A stretch of 60,586 nt of DNA, filler included. It is 6 parts of 6 records of this genome, joined end to end, with 100 filler letters (N's around TTAATTAATTAA, not from the genome) between each part and the next. Parts side by side here need not be neighbours in the genome. Positions count along the whole stretch, not along the records: positions 36,827 to 46,884 come from DRR723986_13584; positions 46,985 to 54,284 come from DRR723986_13587; positions 54,385 to 60,586 come from DRR723986_13591; 3 more parts are not named here. One strand, given 5' to 3'. The position numbers and the translations under genes are program-made. A model generated the notes under the pieces. That model saw nothing but the letters and a program-made list of their open reading frames with translations, was not told the DNA's origin and searched no databases. Positions within the stretch are counted from its first letter, which is position 1. Each line of letters begins with the position of its first letter. Below, piece after piece: positions 44,752-54,909 of the stretch.

Positions 44752-45789
44752 TCAGCCCCGTCGCAGGCTATGGGCGAGGAAGATGGCCGCCGAGAGCAGC
44801 AGCACGGCACCGCCCTGATGGGCTGCGCCAAGGGAAACGGGAACGTGCATTAGCAGGGCGCTGATCCCGAGCACAAGCTGCAGGGCCAGCGCGACCAGCA
44901 GCAGGAACGACGCCCAGCGCGCACGACCGGCGCCGGCATTACGCAGCACCCGCCAGGCAAATACCACGATGATCGCCGTCAGCAGGTAGGCGAATATGCG
45001 GTGATTGAACTGGATTGTGGTGATGTCTTCGAAGGCCGACAGCCACGCGGGTTCATACCCATACAGGCCCGGCGGAATGAAGCTGGTGCCCATCAAGGGC
45101 CAGGTGTTGTAGGCGAACCCGGCATCAGTACCCGCCACCAGGCCACCGGACAGGATCATCAGGTAGACCAGGCACACCAGGGCCAGCGCCCATTTGCCCA
45201 GTGACGCCACCGCGCCGAAGGCCGCACCCCGGGGAAACAGCAGGTCAAAGATCACCCAGAGCATGTAAGCGTAAATAAGGACGGCCAGTCCCAGGTGAGC
45301 GGTGAGCCGGTACTGGCTCACATCCGGGCGATCCACCAGGCCGCTCTGGACCATATACCAGCCCAGCAGGCCCTGGCAGCCGCCCATTATGAACAGCAAC
45401 CAGAGTTTGGGCATCAAACCGGCTTTTACACGGCCTTTAAGGGCAAAGAACAGCATGGGGAAGAAAAACAGCACGCCGATGATCCTGCCCAGAACGCGGT
45501 GCAGGTACTCGTACATGAAGATCACCTTGAACGCATCCAGGCTCATCCCCCGGTTTATCTTCTGGTACTCGGGGAACTGCTTGTATTTATTGAAGGTCTC
45601 CATCCAGGCCGCTTCGTTCAGCGGCGGGATAACCCCCATCAACGGCTTCCATTCCACCATCGACAGGCCGGAGTCGGTCAGCCGGGTCACACCCCCGAGG
45701 ATAATCATCCCGTAGATGACAATGGCGCAGATGATTAGCCAGGCAGCTATCTGGCGGTCGTAGTTGGCGTGGGTGGACAGGGTGGTCAT
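44752..45789 (-). CDS. ctaA: Heme A synthase (COX15/CtaA)
   Basis: GGVTRLTDSGLSM.EW, EY.HR..GR, QG..GWYMV.SGL, VSQYRL.AH, QF.HR, HQ motifs. Confidence 0.92.
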   Translation of the reverse strand: MTTLSTHANYDRQIAAWLIICAIVIYGMIILGGVTRLTDSGLSMVEWKPLMGVIPPLNEAAWMETFNKYKQFPEYQKINRGMSLDAFKVIFMYEYLHRVLGRIIGVLFFFPMLFFALKGRVKAGLMPKLWLLFIMGGCQGLLGWYMVQSGLVDRPDVSQYRLTAHLGLAVLIYAYMLWVIFDLLFPRGAAFGAVASLGKWALALVCLVYLMILSGGLVAGTDAGFAYNTWPLMGTSFIPPGLYGYEPAWLSAFEDITTIQFNHRIFAYLLTAIIVVFAWRVLRNAGAGRARWASFLLLVALALQLVLGISALLMHVPVSLGAAHQGGAVLLLSAAIFLAHSLRRG

Positions 45790-45869
45790 GGCTATCGCGT
45801 GTTGTTTCGGGGGAGCAATGATAACCGAATTTCACGCCGGGCTGTGCTGGCGCGAAGCTATCTGCCGGG

Positions 45870-46883
45870 CTAGTGCTGCAGCGCCGGCAGGTCGCGGTAG
45901 AGATCGAGGGCCTGTGGATTGGCCAGGGCGTCGGTGTTCTTGACCGGTCGCCCGTGCACCACGTTGCGTACCGCCAGTTCGACGATCTTGCCGCTGATGG
46001 TGCGCGGAATATCGCTGACCTGGATGATACGCGCCGGCACATGCCGCGGGGTGGTATTGTCCTTGATCATCTGCCGAATGCGGGCCTGCAGCGCGTCATC
46101 CAGGGTCACCCCTTCGCGCAGCACTACGAACAGTACTACCCGCACGTCGTCCTGCCACTGCTGGCCGATGACGATGCTCTCTACCACCTCCTCGATACGC
46201 TCCACCTGGCGGTAGATCTCGGCGGTCCCGATACGCACCCCACCGGGGTTGAGTACCGCATCGGACCGGCCGTGAATGATATAGCCGCGATGTTCCGTGA
46301 CCTCGCCGTAGTCACCGTGGGCCCAGATACTGGGCCAGCTGTCGAAGTAGGCAGCGTGGAACTTCTCGCCCGCAGGGTCGTCCCAGAAGCCAACCGGACA
46401 GCAGGGGAATGGCCGGATGCAAACCAGTTCGCCCTTCTCGCCGCTTACGGATTCGCCCTCCTCATTCCAGATTTCCACCGCCATCCCCAAGCCCGGCGCC
46501 TGGATTTCGCCGACATGAACCGGCAGGATCGGACAGCCGCCGACAAAGCAGGACAGAATGTCGGTCCCGCCGGAAATGCTGGACAGGCACAGGTCCGCCT
46601 TGAACTCGCGATACACGTACTCGAAGCTCTCGTGCGACAGCGGTGAGCCCGTGGACAGTATCGTCCGCAGGCTATCGAGGCGGTGTGAGGTGCCCGGTTG
46701 ATGCCCGGCTTTCTCCAGCGCAGCAATAAACTTGGCACTGGTCCCGAACACGGTAATGCCCTCGTCGTCGATGGCGTCCAGCAGCAAATGACCATCACGG
46801 GCGAAAGGTGAACCGTCATAGAGCACCAGCGTGGCACCGCTGGCGAGGCCAGATACCAGCCAGTTCCACATCATCCAGCCGCA
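45870..46883 (-). CDS. Acetoacetate--CoA ligase, C-terminal fragment
   Basis: [55 protein letters not shown]; open to the contig edge. Confidence 0.9.
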   Translation of the reverse strand, partial: CGWMMWNWLVSGLASGATLVLYDGSPFARDGHLLLDAIDDEGITVFGTSAKFIAALEKAGHQPGTSHRLDSLRTILSTGSPLSHESFEYVYREFKADLCLSSISGGTDILSCFVGGCPILPVHVGEIQAPGLGMAVEIWNEEGESVSGEKGELVCIRPFPCCPVGFWDDPAGEKFHAAYFDSWPSIWAHGDYGEVTEHRGYIIHGRSDAVLNPGGVRIGTAEIYRQVERIEEVVESIVIGQQWQDDVRVVLFVVLREGVTLDDALQARIRQMIKDNTTPRHVPARIIQVSDIPRTISGKIVELAVRNVVHGRPVKNTDALANPQALDLYRDLPALQH

Positions 46884-46884
46884 G

Positions 46885-46984
46885 NNNNNNNNNNNNNNNN
46901 NNNNNNNNNNNNNNNNNNNNNNNNNNNNTTAATTAATTAANNNNNNNNNNNNNNNNNNNNNNNNNNNNNNNNNNNNNNNNNNNN
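46885..46984. other. Artificial contig-joining spacer
   Basis: N-run with central TTAATTAATTAA. Confidence 0.97.
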
Positions 46985-47172
46985 TCCATCAGCGTCGAGC
47001 GGATGCGCGGGTAGCTGATCAGCTTGCGGCAATCGACATAGGTGGGGGCCTCTTTGCCGTTGGAATGCACAAACGGCGTGTCTGCGTTGAAATGCACGGC
47101 CTTGATGTCCAGCAGCATCCGGGCGGTCAGCTGTGCGATTGTGGCCTGATCGGGGTAGGTGGCTGGGATCAT
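46985..47172 (-). CDS. pyrE: Orotate phosphoribosyltransferase, N-terminal fragment
   Basis: [13 protein letters not shown]...PF..S.G...[12 protein letters not shown]; directly downstream of pyrC. Confidence 0.85.
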
Positions 47173-47235
47173 CTGTCATCTCTCGTGGCTGGCCGGGGAT
47201 GCCTCCGGCGGGAGTATTGGACCAAGAAGAAAGGC

Positions 47236-48276
47236 TCAGGCAACGCGCCAGAAGAGCGGGTGGCCGGGGTCGAAGACGGTCACGGGGCCGTCGCCTGTTT
47301 CGATCTTGGCGGGGTAGGGGACGGGCGCGCTGTCCTTGATCAGCGTGATCATGTCCGCGTTCGGGGCAAGGCCATAGCGCGCGGGACCATGGAGCGAGGC
47401 GAAGCCTTCCAGCTTGTCCAGTGCGGCCTCTTCCTCGAACACGTGGGCAAGGCAGGCCATGGTGTTCGTCGCGGTGAAACAGCCCGCGCAGCCGCAGGCG
47501 CTTTCCTTGCCCGCGTCACTATGCGGGGCGCTGTCGGTGCCCAGAAAAAAGCGCGGATTGCCGGAGGTTGCAGCCTTGCGCAACGCCAACATATGTTCGC
47601 GCCGCTTGGCGACCGGCAGGCAGTAGTAATGCGGTTTGATCCCGCCCACGAGGATGTGGTTGCGGTTGATCATCAGGTGGTGCGTCGTGATCGTGCCGGC
47701 GATATCGCCCTCTGCACCCGCCACATAGTCGATGCCATGGGACGTTGTCACATGTTCCAGCGTCACCTTCAGCCCCGGTGTCCGTTCGCGCAGCGGGTGC
47801 AGAACGGTTTCAAGGAACACCTGCTCGCGGTCGAAGATGTCGACGTCGTGGGTCGTGACCTCGCCATGAATGCAAAGCGGCAGGCCGATCTCGGCCATTT
47901 TCTCCAGCACGCCGCGCACCTTGTCGAAATTGGCGACACCCGAGGCGGAATTGGTCGTGGCCCCCGCCGGGTAGAGCTTGACCGCATGGACAAGCCCGCT
48001 GGCATGGGCGGCGGCGACATCGGCCGGATCGGTGTCCTCAGTGAGGTAGAGCGTCATCAGCGGCTCGAACGACATGCCGTCGGGCAGGGCGGTCATGATC
48101 CGCTCGCGATAGGCGGCGGCCTGAGCGCCGGTCACCACGGGGGGCACCAGGTTCGGCATGATGATCGCGCGGGCGAAGTGGCGCGCGGTTTCGGGCAGGA
48201 CACCGGCCAGCATCGCGCCATCGCGCAGGTGCAGGTGCCAATCATCGGGGCGGCGGATCGTCAGGCTATGGGTCAT
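47236..48276 (-). CDS. pyrC: Dihydroorotase (homodimeric type)
   Basis: [47 protein letters not shown]; start at ATG 48276. Confidence 0.95.
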   Translation of the reverse strand: MTHSLTIRRPDDWHLHLRDGAMLAGVLPETARHFARAIIMPNLVPPVVTGAQAAAYRERIMTALPDGMSFEPLMTLYLTEDTDPADVAAAHASGLVHAVKLYPAGATTNSASGVANFDKVRGVLEKMAEIGLPLCIHGEVTTHDVDIFDREQVFLETVLHPLRERTPGLKVTLEHVTTSHGIDYVAGAEGDIAGTITTHHLMINRNHILVGGIKPHYYCLPVAKRREHMLALRKAATSGNPRFFLGTDSAPHSDAGKESACGCAGCFTATNTMACLAHVFEEEAALDKLEGFASLHGPARYGLAPNADMITLIKDSAPVPYPAKIETGDGPVTVFDPGHPLFWRVA

Positions 48277-48465
48277 GGCGCCTGCGCTACAACGGTTTTG
48301 GGCCTTGTGCAAAGGGGAAAGCGCCGCAGCAGCCTGCAAGAGGCCGGTTTTTGCTTTGGCAAAGCCTTGCCGATTTCCTCTCGCTTGCAGGATGCCGCAG
48401 TGCAACATACCTGCGGGGCGCGCTATGTTGCGCATGCAAAGTGAATGTCAGGATCGAGGTCCGCC

Positions 48466-48762
48466 ATGTTTCTCAGTTTTCTCCTTGGCCTTTTGGCCGG
48501 TATTGCCGAACCTTATGCGGAACCGCATGTGAAAAAGGCGGTGGAGGATGTCTTCGACTTGTCCCTGCCGGTCGAGAAGTCAGAGTTCGATATGCTGACC
48601 TTGCTGTTGCTGCTGATTGCAGCGGGACTGGTTGCCGCGCTGCTGTCCACGGCGATGTTCTTGCCGCTATTGTTCGGGGCCTTTCTTGGCCTCTTCGGCA
48701 AGCGGCTTTATGCGGCGGCGACCGAGGTCCATATCCGACCCGGCCGACGCGACGATCTCTGA
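48466..48762 (+). CDS. Small hypothetical membrane protein
   Basis: GAGGT SD before ATG 48466; three hydrophobic segments. Confidence 0.6.
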   Translation: MFLSFLLGLLAGIAEPYAEPHVKKAVEDVFDLSLPVEKSEFDMLTLLLLLIAAGLVAALLSTAMFLPLLFGAFLGLFGKRLYAAATEVHIRPGRRDDL

Positions 48763-49004
48763 CAGTTCGTTCCTTCCTTTGAACCTTTCCCCGCGGTCTG
48801 TCGTCTAAAGAATGGGCAGGCTGAACGTTTCCATTCCACAGTGACTGCCCTTTGTTTCGCAACAGGGGCTGGCCAAGACGGATATTGCAGTCGAATATGG
48901 ACTATGGGCTGGCGTTGTTGGGTCAGCCTCAGGTCCACGATCCCCGGCAAACCGGGGACGGTCCATATATCTTCGCGCCAGCAGACATTACGGAGGTCCA
49001 CGTC

Positions 49005-49709
49005 ATGATCCAAAAAACCCTTTTTTCCCTGGCTATCCTTTGCACCGGGTCGGCGGCGCTGGCTGACTGCCCGCAGGGCATGGCTGATACCGGCGATGGT
49101 GTTTTCGTCAGCTTCAACGATTTCTACGTGCGTTATGACCGGCAGGCCGATGGGTCCGTGCTGGAGCAGGAGGTCTATCTTGAAGATGGTGGCGGTTTCC
49201 GCGTTCACAGCATTTCGGGCGCTTTCGTGCTGCAAAGCTGGGACACCCGCTATGGCGCGCTGATCGGCAACACATCCGAGGTGACGACCTACGCTATCGG
49301 TATCGAAAACCTGCCAACGCTGTTTCCCGGCCTGACATGGCAGGGCAGTACGGTGCGCCGCCATGACGATGGCACCACGAATGTGGAAACGCTCGATGTG
49401 CTGATGGAGCCGGAAGGCACGATCTCGCTCGGGGCGTGCAGCTATGCATCCTGGCCGATCCGGGTCATCACCACCGGCGATGATGGCGGGGCCTTTGTGG
49501 ACCGTCTGACCTATCTGCCAAGCCTTGGCTTTGCGATCTACCACGGTGGGGCAGATGCGGGCGAGAGCTTCGTTCCCGACAATCCGGTCGCGATCTCGAC
49601 CCAACCGCCGATGGTCAATGATGAGGGCCAGCTGATCGGCTCGGCGGCGGGCAATCCGACCCCTGCACCCGCACCGGCCCCTGCGCCAGCACCGCAACCC
49701 TCCAAATAA
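49005..49709 (+). CDS. Secreted hypothetical protein with Pro/Ala tail
   Basis: GGAGG SD; signal peptide ending ALA-DCP; IG.C.Y-like motif (LGACSY) and YLP.LG; PAPAPAP tail. Confidence 0.75.
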   Translation: MIQKTLFSLAILCTGSAALADCPQGMADTGDGVFVSFNDFYVRYDRQADGSVLEQEVYLEDGGGFRVHSISGAFVLQSWDTRYGALIGNTSEVTTYAIGIENLPTLFPGLTWQGSTVRRHDDGTTNVETLDVLMEPEGTISLGACSYASWPIRVITTGDDGGAFVDRLTYLPSLGFAIYHGGADAGESFVPDNPVAISTQPPMVNDEGQLIGSAAGNPTPAPAPAPAPAPQPSK

Positions 49710-49767
49710 CTGGAATGTCATCAAAAACGCCGCGTCTGCCTGGGCAGGTGGATGCGGTGTTATTGGC

Positions 49768-50703
49768 CTAGGGCGCGCCGATGCGATCCGCTTCGATCGT
49801 CATCATGCGGCGGGCGAAATGCGCGTCGCCTGTCGCGGCCAGCCCGCGTTGCGCCACGATATAGGGCAGTTTCGTGCCACCCCTTTCCTCGGCCCGGTCG
49901 AGGACACGCTTGAGATAGTCGGGGCTGGTCTTGCGCAATTGCCGGGTGATCTGCGCAAAGCGCAGCGGTGACATGCGGCCATTGCCGACGGCTTTCATCA
50001 ACCGGTCCAGCGTGGAGTTCGGTTCCAGCAGGCGCAGCAGGTTGCGACCCGCCCCACGAAACCTCAGCCGGGTCACGTTTTTGCTGCGGAACTGTGCCGC
50101 ATGGGCGGCGTCCAGCAATTCAACCGGATCATAGAGAATGAAGGCATCGCTTGCGGCTTCCAGCATCGCGGGCGCAAAGCCGTAGCGGCTGGTGAAATCC
50201 TTGCGCCACGCCTTGCGAAAGCGCAACTCATAGGGGGCTGCCTCTCGGTTCAGGGTGGCGGCGGGTGACAGGGCCACGACCGTTGCACCGGGGGCGGCAA
50301 CGGAAAAGGCGCAGGCGGCGTATCCGCACATCGGACCCGCACCGAGGAAGATAACCTGTTCAAAACTTTCGAAGAAATCCTCGTCGATCAGCCGGTCGAA
50401 GAAGCGGTACAGCGCGTCGTCCCGAAACCAGGTGTCGCCCTCGGCCATCAGGCTGAGATAGGACCATTCCCGCTTGCTGACCGCATCGAAACCAACCGGC
50501 AGCGCATCGCGTCCCTGGCCAATAACGCGCCCCACCTCGTCAAATGTGACAAGCAGCGTATCGCCTTCCTGCACATAAAGCGCCCGGTGATGTGCGCCGA
50601 CCCGATCAAAGAAACCGTGCATATCACCGATCTGGTCCATTCGGGCCAGCCAGTCGGCGCGTGTCGGGCGGTCACCTTGCAGGGGCATTTGCATGTCGTT
50701 CAT
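49768..50703 (-). CDS. Conserved Rhodobacteraceae-type hypothetical protein (alpha/beta hydrolase-like)
   Basis: 311-aa ORF; LLVTF, DTWFRD, GAG.CGYAA.AFSVAAPG, PxATL and RYG.AP motifs. Function unresolved. Confidence 0.7.
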   Translation of the reverse strand: MNDMQMPLQGDRPTRADWLARMDQIGDMHGFFDRVGAHHRALYVQEGDTLLVTFDEVGRVIGQGRDALPVGFDAVSKREWSYLSLMAEGDTWFRDDALYRFFDRLIDEDFFESFEQVIFLGAGPMCGYAACAFSVAAPGATVVALSPAATLNREAAPYELRFRKAWRKDFTSRYGFAPAMLEAASDAFILYDPVELLDAAHAAQFRSKNVTRLRFRGAGRNLLRLLEPNSTLDRLMKAVGNGRMSPLRFAQITRQLRKTSPDYLKRVLDRAEERGGTKLPYIVAQRGLAATGDAHFARRMMTIEADRIGAP

Positions 50704-51004
50704 GGGGGTCTCACTACGTCAGCACTGGTTAACTTAGTGCAAATCTGACCGGAGAGTAAGGCGTAGCTGAGGGCTCGGCGGGAAATTACCAAGAGGTTTT
50801 TGACACCATTCCGGCGGCTTGCGCTCCGACCGGGCAACAATGCGGGTCGTGCCGTGGCTATTGATCCCCGAACGCGCAAGGTTAAATCCCCGTTCATCCG
50901 TATGGCGACGATCTGACCGGCACATTGCAGGCAGAGATTCGAGATCCAAGCCTTGACCCGGACCCCAAGCCCGGGCCTTGATGGGCGCAAACGAGGGAGA
51001 GGTC

Positions 51005-51901
51005 ATGCAGTCTATCGACGAGGTCCAGAGCGCGCTTGCGGATCAGAACTATGTCTGCGGCCGGGCGCTGGCCACCGTGCTGTTTCTGTCGCTGCGATTG
51101 GGCCGCCCGCTGTTTCTGGAAGGCGAGGCAGGCACCGGCAAGACCGAGATTGCGAAAGCCATCGCGGCGACGCTCGGGCGGCGGCTGATCCGGCTGCAAT
51201 GCTATGAAGGTCTCGACGCCTCAAGTGCCGTCTACGAATGGAACTTTGCCGAACAGATGATCGCCATCCGCACCGCCGAAGCTGCGGGCGGGGCGGATCG
51301 CGACGTGCTGAGAACCGAGCTTTTTACCGAAGACTTCCTGATCGAACGCCCGCTGCTACAGGCCATGCGCCCGCAGGATGGCGGTGCGCCGGTCTTGCTG
51401 ATCGACGAGATCGACCGAACCGACGAACCATTCGAGGCCTTCCTGCTGGAGGCGCTGTCGGATTTCCAGGTCACGATCCCGGAACTGGGCACCATCAAGG
51501 CGCCCGAGCCGCCGATTGTCATTCTCACCTCGAATCGCACCCGCGAAGTGCATGACGCGCTGAAACGCCGGTGCCTGTATCACTGGGTCGACTATCCCAC
51601 CTTCGACCGCGAGATGCAGATTCTGCACGCCCGGGCACCGGACGCTGCCGAGAAACTGAGCCGAGAGGTTGTGGCGTTCGTCCAGAAACTGCGCACCGAG
51701 GATCTGTTCAAGCGCCCCGGCGTGGCAGAGACCATAGACTGGGCCAAATGCCTGCTGGCGCTCGATGTGCTGGAACTGTCACCTGAAGTCATCGCCGACA
51801 CAATCGGGGCGATCCTGAAGTATCAGGATGACATCCAGAAGTTGCAGGGGTCCGAAGCCAAGCGGCTGCTGGATGAGGTTCGCGCCGAGGCAGTCGGGTA
51901 G
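51005..51901 (+). CDS. MoxR-family AAA+ ATPase (CoxD-like)
   Basis: LEGEAGTGKT, RLQCYEG.D, LLIDEID, LTSNRTREVHDALKRRC; GAGG SD before ATG 51005. Confidence 0.9.
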   Translation: MQSIDEVQSALADQNYVCGRALATVLFLSLRLGRPLFLEGEAGTGKTEIAKAIAATLGRRLIRLQCYEGLDASSAVYEWNFAEQMIAIRTAEAAGGADRDVLRTELFTEDFLIERPLLQAMRPQDGGAPVLLIDEIDRTDEPFEAFLLEALSDFQVTIPELGTIKAPEPPIVILTSNRTREVHDALKRRCLYHWVDYPTFDREMQILHARAPDAAEKLSREVVAFVQKLRTEDLFKRPGVAETIDWAKCLLALDVLELSPEVIADTIGAILKYQDDIQKLQGSEAKRLLDEVRAEAVG

Positions 51902-52038
51902 TTGTCTTGCGCAAATTATGAGCGTTCCGCCTCAAACCACGGGACTCGCAGGCTTTTCTCTGTTAAAGATTACTCAGCAGGGACGCCGGGGGACGGCCCG
52001 GCATGTTCCTGAACCGTTTAGAAACAGGGAGCATTGCC

Positions 52039-52521
52039 ATGATAAGACGTTTCTTCGCGCTTGCGACTTTGATCGCGGGCCTGCTGGGGGCCAGCCAGAC
52101 TTTGGCCTGCCCGAACTGGAACAATCCCACCGTTTTCGGCCAGGCGACGTTGAACGCTGGCTTTCTGCCCGATCCTTATGTGCGCAACCTGACTGCGGGC
52201 GGTCGCATCAACCTGGCGAATTGCTACCCTTATCTGGGGCCGGGCTGGGTCGTCTCGCGGCCTGACTTTCGGCTGCATTATTACGGTCAGTCCCCGACCG
52301 GCCGCCTGACCTTCGCGTTGCAGGCCCGCTCGAATGTCGACCCGATCCTGGTGGTCAACGCACCCGATGGATCCTGGCACTACAATGACGATTATCGCGG
52401 TTACGACCCTGCCATCGTCTTCTTCAACCCGATGTCGGGCCAGTACGATATCTGGGCAGGCAGCTATCACCGCAGTTCCAACAACCCGGCGGTGCTGATC
52501 GTGACGGAATACAACTACTGA
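52039..52521 (+). CDS. Secreted single-domain PPC-like (pre-peptidase C-terminal type) beta-sandwich protein
   Basis: Signal peptide; L.AGF.PDP, PDF.L.Y, D..L.VN.PDG.W..NDD and SG.YDIW.GS motifs. Confidence 0.7.
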   Translation: MIRRFFALATLIAGLLGASQTLACPNWNNPTVFGQATLNAGFLPDPYVRNLTAGGRINLANCYPYLGPGWVVSRPDFRLHYYGQSPTGRLTFALQARSNVDPILVVNAPDGSWHYNDDYRGYDPAIVFFNPMSGQYDIWAGSYHRSSNNPAVLIVTEYNY

Positions 52522-52532
52522 GATGAAACAGG

Positions 52533-52557
52533 CTCCGGGCCTAGGGCAGGCCCGGAG
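52533..52557. terminator. Bidirectional terminator hairpin
   Basis: ctccgggcct-agggc-aggcccggag 10-bp perfect stem between convergent genes; T-tract follows on the + strand. Confidence 0.75.
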
Positions 52558-52571
52558 TTGTCAGTTTTTTC

Positions 52572-53405
52572 TCAGCACTGGCTCATGGCCCAGCCTGAGG
52601 GCAGGATGCAGATCGCACGATCGTTCTGGATGTCGTCGTTGCGACCGTAGATCATGGCCATTCCCGGCGTGGGTGGCGAATACATGATCAGGCTGGCATC
52701 GGTCCTGAAACTGAGAGACCCCATCGAGGACGCAGCCGCGAGATAGCGCTGGTCCGGCATCACGCTGACGCCAAATGTCTGGATGTTGTGGATCTGACCA
52801 TCTCTCACGATACCCGTAAACACGGTGTAGGCGCCGGGCTGGTAGTACATTCCCCCGTTGGGAGAAAGCGGGGTGGAGTTGGCGGGTTGTGCTGCGAATT
52901 GGCCAATCTGGCGCGTGAATGTCCGCCATGGATAGTAGGTGGATATTGCGCCTCCACCGCCTCCACCACCCCCGGCGATCGCGCCGCCACCCGCCGTGCT
53001 GCCGCCGTGACCGGTATAGCCAGAGCCGCTGCCATAGTTCGAGTTGGGGTTGGAACAATCCGCGGTATCCGTGCCCCAAGCGCAATAGCCAAGCCCGTTG
53101 GGCTCGTCGCAATCGCCATCATTGGTGTAGGGGCAGGGGTTCATCAGACCGCCGCCCGACGATCCGCCCCCGGCGGATGAGCTGCCATAGCCGCTGCCGC
53201 TGCCAAAGTTGGAATTGGGGTTCGAACAGTCGGCGGTATCCGTGCCCCAGGCGCAATAGCCAAGCCCGTTCGGCTCGTCGCAATCGCCGTCGTTGGTGTA
53301 GGGGCAGGGGTTGTAGAGCTGCGCGTTGGCGGCGGTGCCCAGACCTGTGAGCCCGGCAAAAGCGCCGAAGAAGAGAACCGTCATGATTTTCAGGGATTGG
53401 TGCAT
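52572..53405 (-). CDS. Secreted protein with duplicated 4-Cys NDGDCDEP module and Gly-rich linkers
   Basis: Signal peptide ending ANAQ; NPCPYTNDGDCDEPNGLGYCAWGTDTADCSNPNSN present twice. Confidence 0.8.
   Translation of the reverse strand: MHQSLKIMTVLFFGAFAGLTGLGTAANAQLYNPCPYTNDGDCDEPNGLGYCAWGTDTADCSNPNSNFGSGSGYGSSSAGGGSSGGGLMNPCPYTNDGDCDEPNGLGYCAWGTDTADCSNPNSNYGSGSGYTGHGGSTAGGGAIAGGGGGGGGAISTYYPWRTFTRQIGQFAAQPANSTPLSPNGGMYYQPGAYTVFTGIVRDGQIHNIQTFGVSVMPDQRYLAAASSMGSLSFRTDASLIMYSPPTPGMAMIYGRNDDIQNDRAICILPSGWAMSQC
53016..53312 (-). repeat. Intragenic 126-bp duplication (period 171 bp)
   Basis: Copies at 53187-53312 and 53016-53141; 42-aa unit identical except one F/Y. Confidence 0.9.
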
Positions 53406-53582
53406 GTGAGAATACTCCCGATATCGATTCCACGCTCGCCTTAAATGGCGGCAGCGCTATCCTTGAATATGAGTTCTCATGTCAACTATGATCTGAATCA
53501 ATTAAATTTGCTGACCTCGGGGAAGCCATGCGGACGTCAACATTCACTTGACGGATCGGACCGGACGAAATCTTCTTGTTAT

Positions 53583-54284
53583 ATGGTTGAACAGATCCCT
53601 CTGGACTTGCCCGATAATCCGCAGCTGACCGCCAATATTACCCATTTCGCGCGCGCTTTGCGGGCGGGCGGCCTGAAGGCTGGCCCCGGGCGTGTTCTTG
53701 ATGCGGTGCGCGCGGTCGAGGCGGCGGGGTTCAGCGAGCGGGCGGATTTCTACCACGTCTTGCAGGCCTGTTTCGTCAGCCGACCAGAGGAGAGGGCGAC
53801 CTTCGATCAGATCTTCCGGCTCTACTGGCGCGATCCTCGCTATATCGAGCATATGATGGCGATGATGTTGCCCGCCATTCGCGGCGTGGCCGAGGAACGA
53901 CAGGTGAAACCGGCCGAAAAACGCGCGGCAGAGGCATTGCTGGACGGGGTGGAGCGCGATCTGCCCGAAGGGGCCGAGCAACAGGAAGAGGGCACCGAGA
54001 TCGAGGTCGATGCGACCTTGACCATGTCGCATGAAGAACGCCTTCGCTCGCTCGATTTCGAACAGATGAGCAATGCCGAAATGGCCGAGGCCAAACGGAT
54101 CATTGCGGAGATGTCCTTGCCGGTGAAGCCCCTGCAAAGCCGCCGGACCATGGCGGCCACGCGCGGGCGGTTGCCCGACTGGCGGCGCACCATGCGCAGC
54201 GCCTTGCGGCAGGGGGGGGAAATCACCGGGTTCGATATGAAGGCGCGGCGCATCCGCTGGCCCAATCTGGTGGTGCTGTGCGAT
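53583..54284 (+). CDS. VWA domain protein (CoxE-like), N-terminal fragment
   Basis: NITHFARALR.AG...GPG, S..ERLR..DF..M, D.RRT.R..LR.GGE, LVVLCD; truncated by the spacer. Confidence 0.85.
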
Positions 54285-54384
54285 NNNNNNNNNNNNNNNN
54301 NNNNNNNNNNNNNNNNNNNNNNNNNNNNTTAATTAATTAANNNNNNNNNNNNNNNNNNNNNNNNNNNNNNNNNNNNNNNNNNNN
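54285..54384. other. Artificial contig-joining spacer
   Basis: N-run with central TTAATTAATTAA. Confidence 0.97.
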
Positions 54385-54410
54385 TGCAAAGCCGCTGCAA
54401 AGAACGCTGC

Positions 54411-54450
54411 AAAGCCCGTCTCAGGAATTGTTACCTGCGGCGGGCTTTTT
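54411..54450. terminator. Probable intrinsic terminator
   Basis: aaagcccgtc.cagg-aattgtta-cctg.ggcgggcttttt imperfect stem with A/T tracts on both sides. Confidence 0.6.
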
Positions 54451-54516
54451 CACGTTGTGCTCGGCCGTGTCAGGCTCTCAACAAAGCAGCTTCGGCACTT
54501 CCGCCCCGTAGCAGAT

Positions 54517-54681
54517 TCAATTCTTTTCTTCGTCGATTTTAATGTCGACGCCCGCGGCAACGAGCTCTTTCTTCAGGTCGGTCACTTCCTGCTGCAGGTT
54601 GGCAATTTGAGACCAACCAATGATCGCGAAAGTAAAAGCCATCGATCCAAACGAAAATCCAATAATGCCAAACGTCTCCAT
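54517..54681 (-). CDS. 54-aa single-TM plus coiled-coil protein (absent from the ORF track)
   Basis: Manual translation: METFGIIGFSFGSMAFTFAIIGWSQIANLQQEVTDLKKELVAAGVDIKIDEEKN*; followed by a terminator hairpin. Confidence 0.65.
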   Translation of the reverse strand: METFGIIGFSFGSMAFTFAIIGWSQIANLQQEVTDLKKELVAAGVDIKIDEEKN

Positions 54682-54909
54682 GCTTTTGCTTTCTGTTTGC
54701 GAATTGTCAATGAAAACCGATGGGAACCCTGCCGCTCTATCTTAAAGGCTTAGTTTCGCCGATTTCCAGGCGCAGGTGGCCACAGCTTGACCATAGTCCA
54801 AGAACGCTTGTCATGCTCGCCCATTTGCCAGCCTGCACAACTGCGGGTGGGGCGACGCTATACTGGGGTGTTGCGCCTTCCCACCTCTCTTTCAACGCGA
54901 ACGACAACT

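Noticed and set aside
47065-48444. 459-aa plus-strand ORF
   Set aside because: Antisense to pyrC; typical high-GC shadow ORF.
54385-54418. Three short TGCAAAG repeats at the contig start
   Set aside because: Only 7-9 bp with irregular period at a contig edge; too little to interpret.
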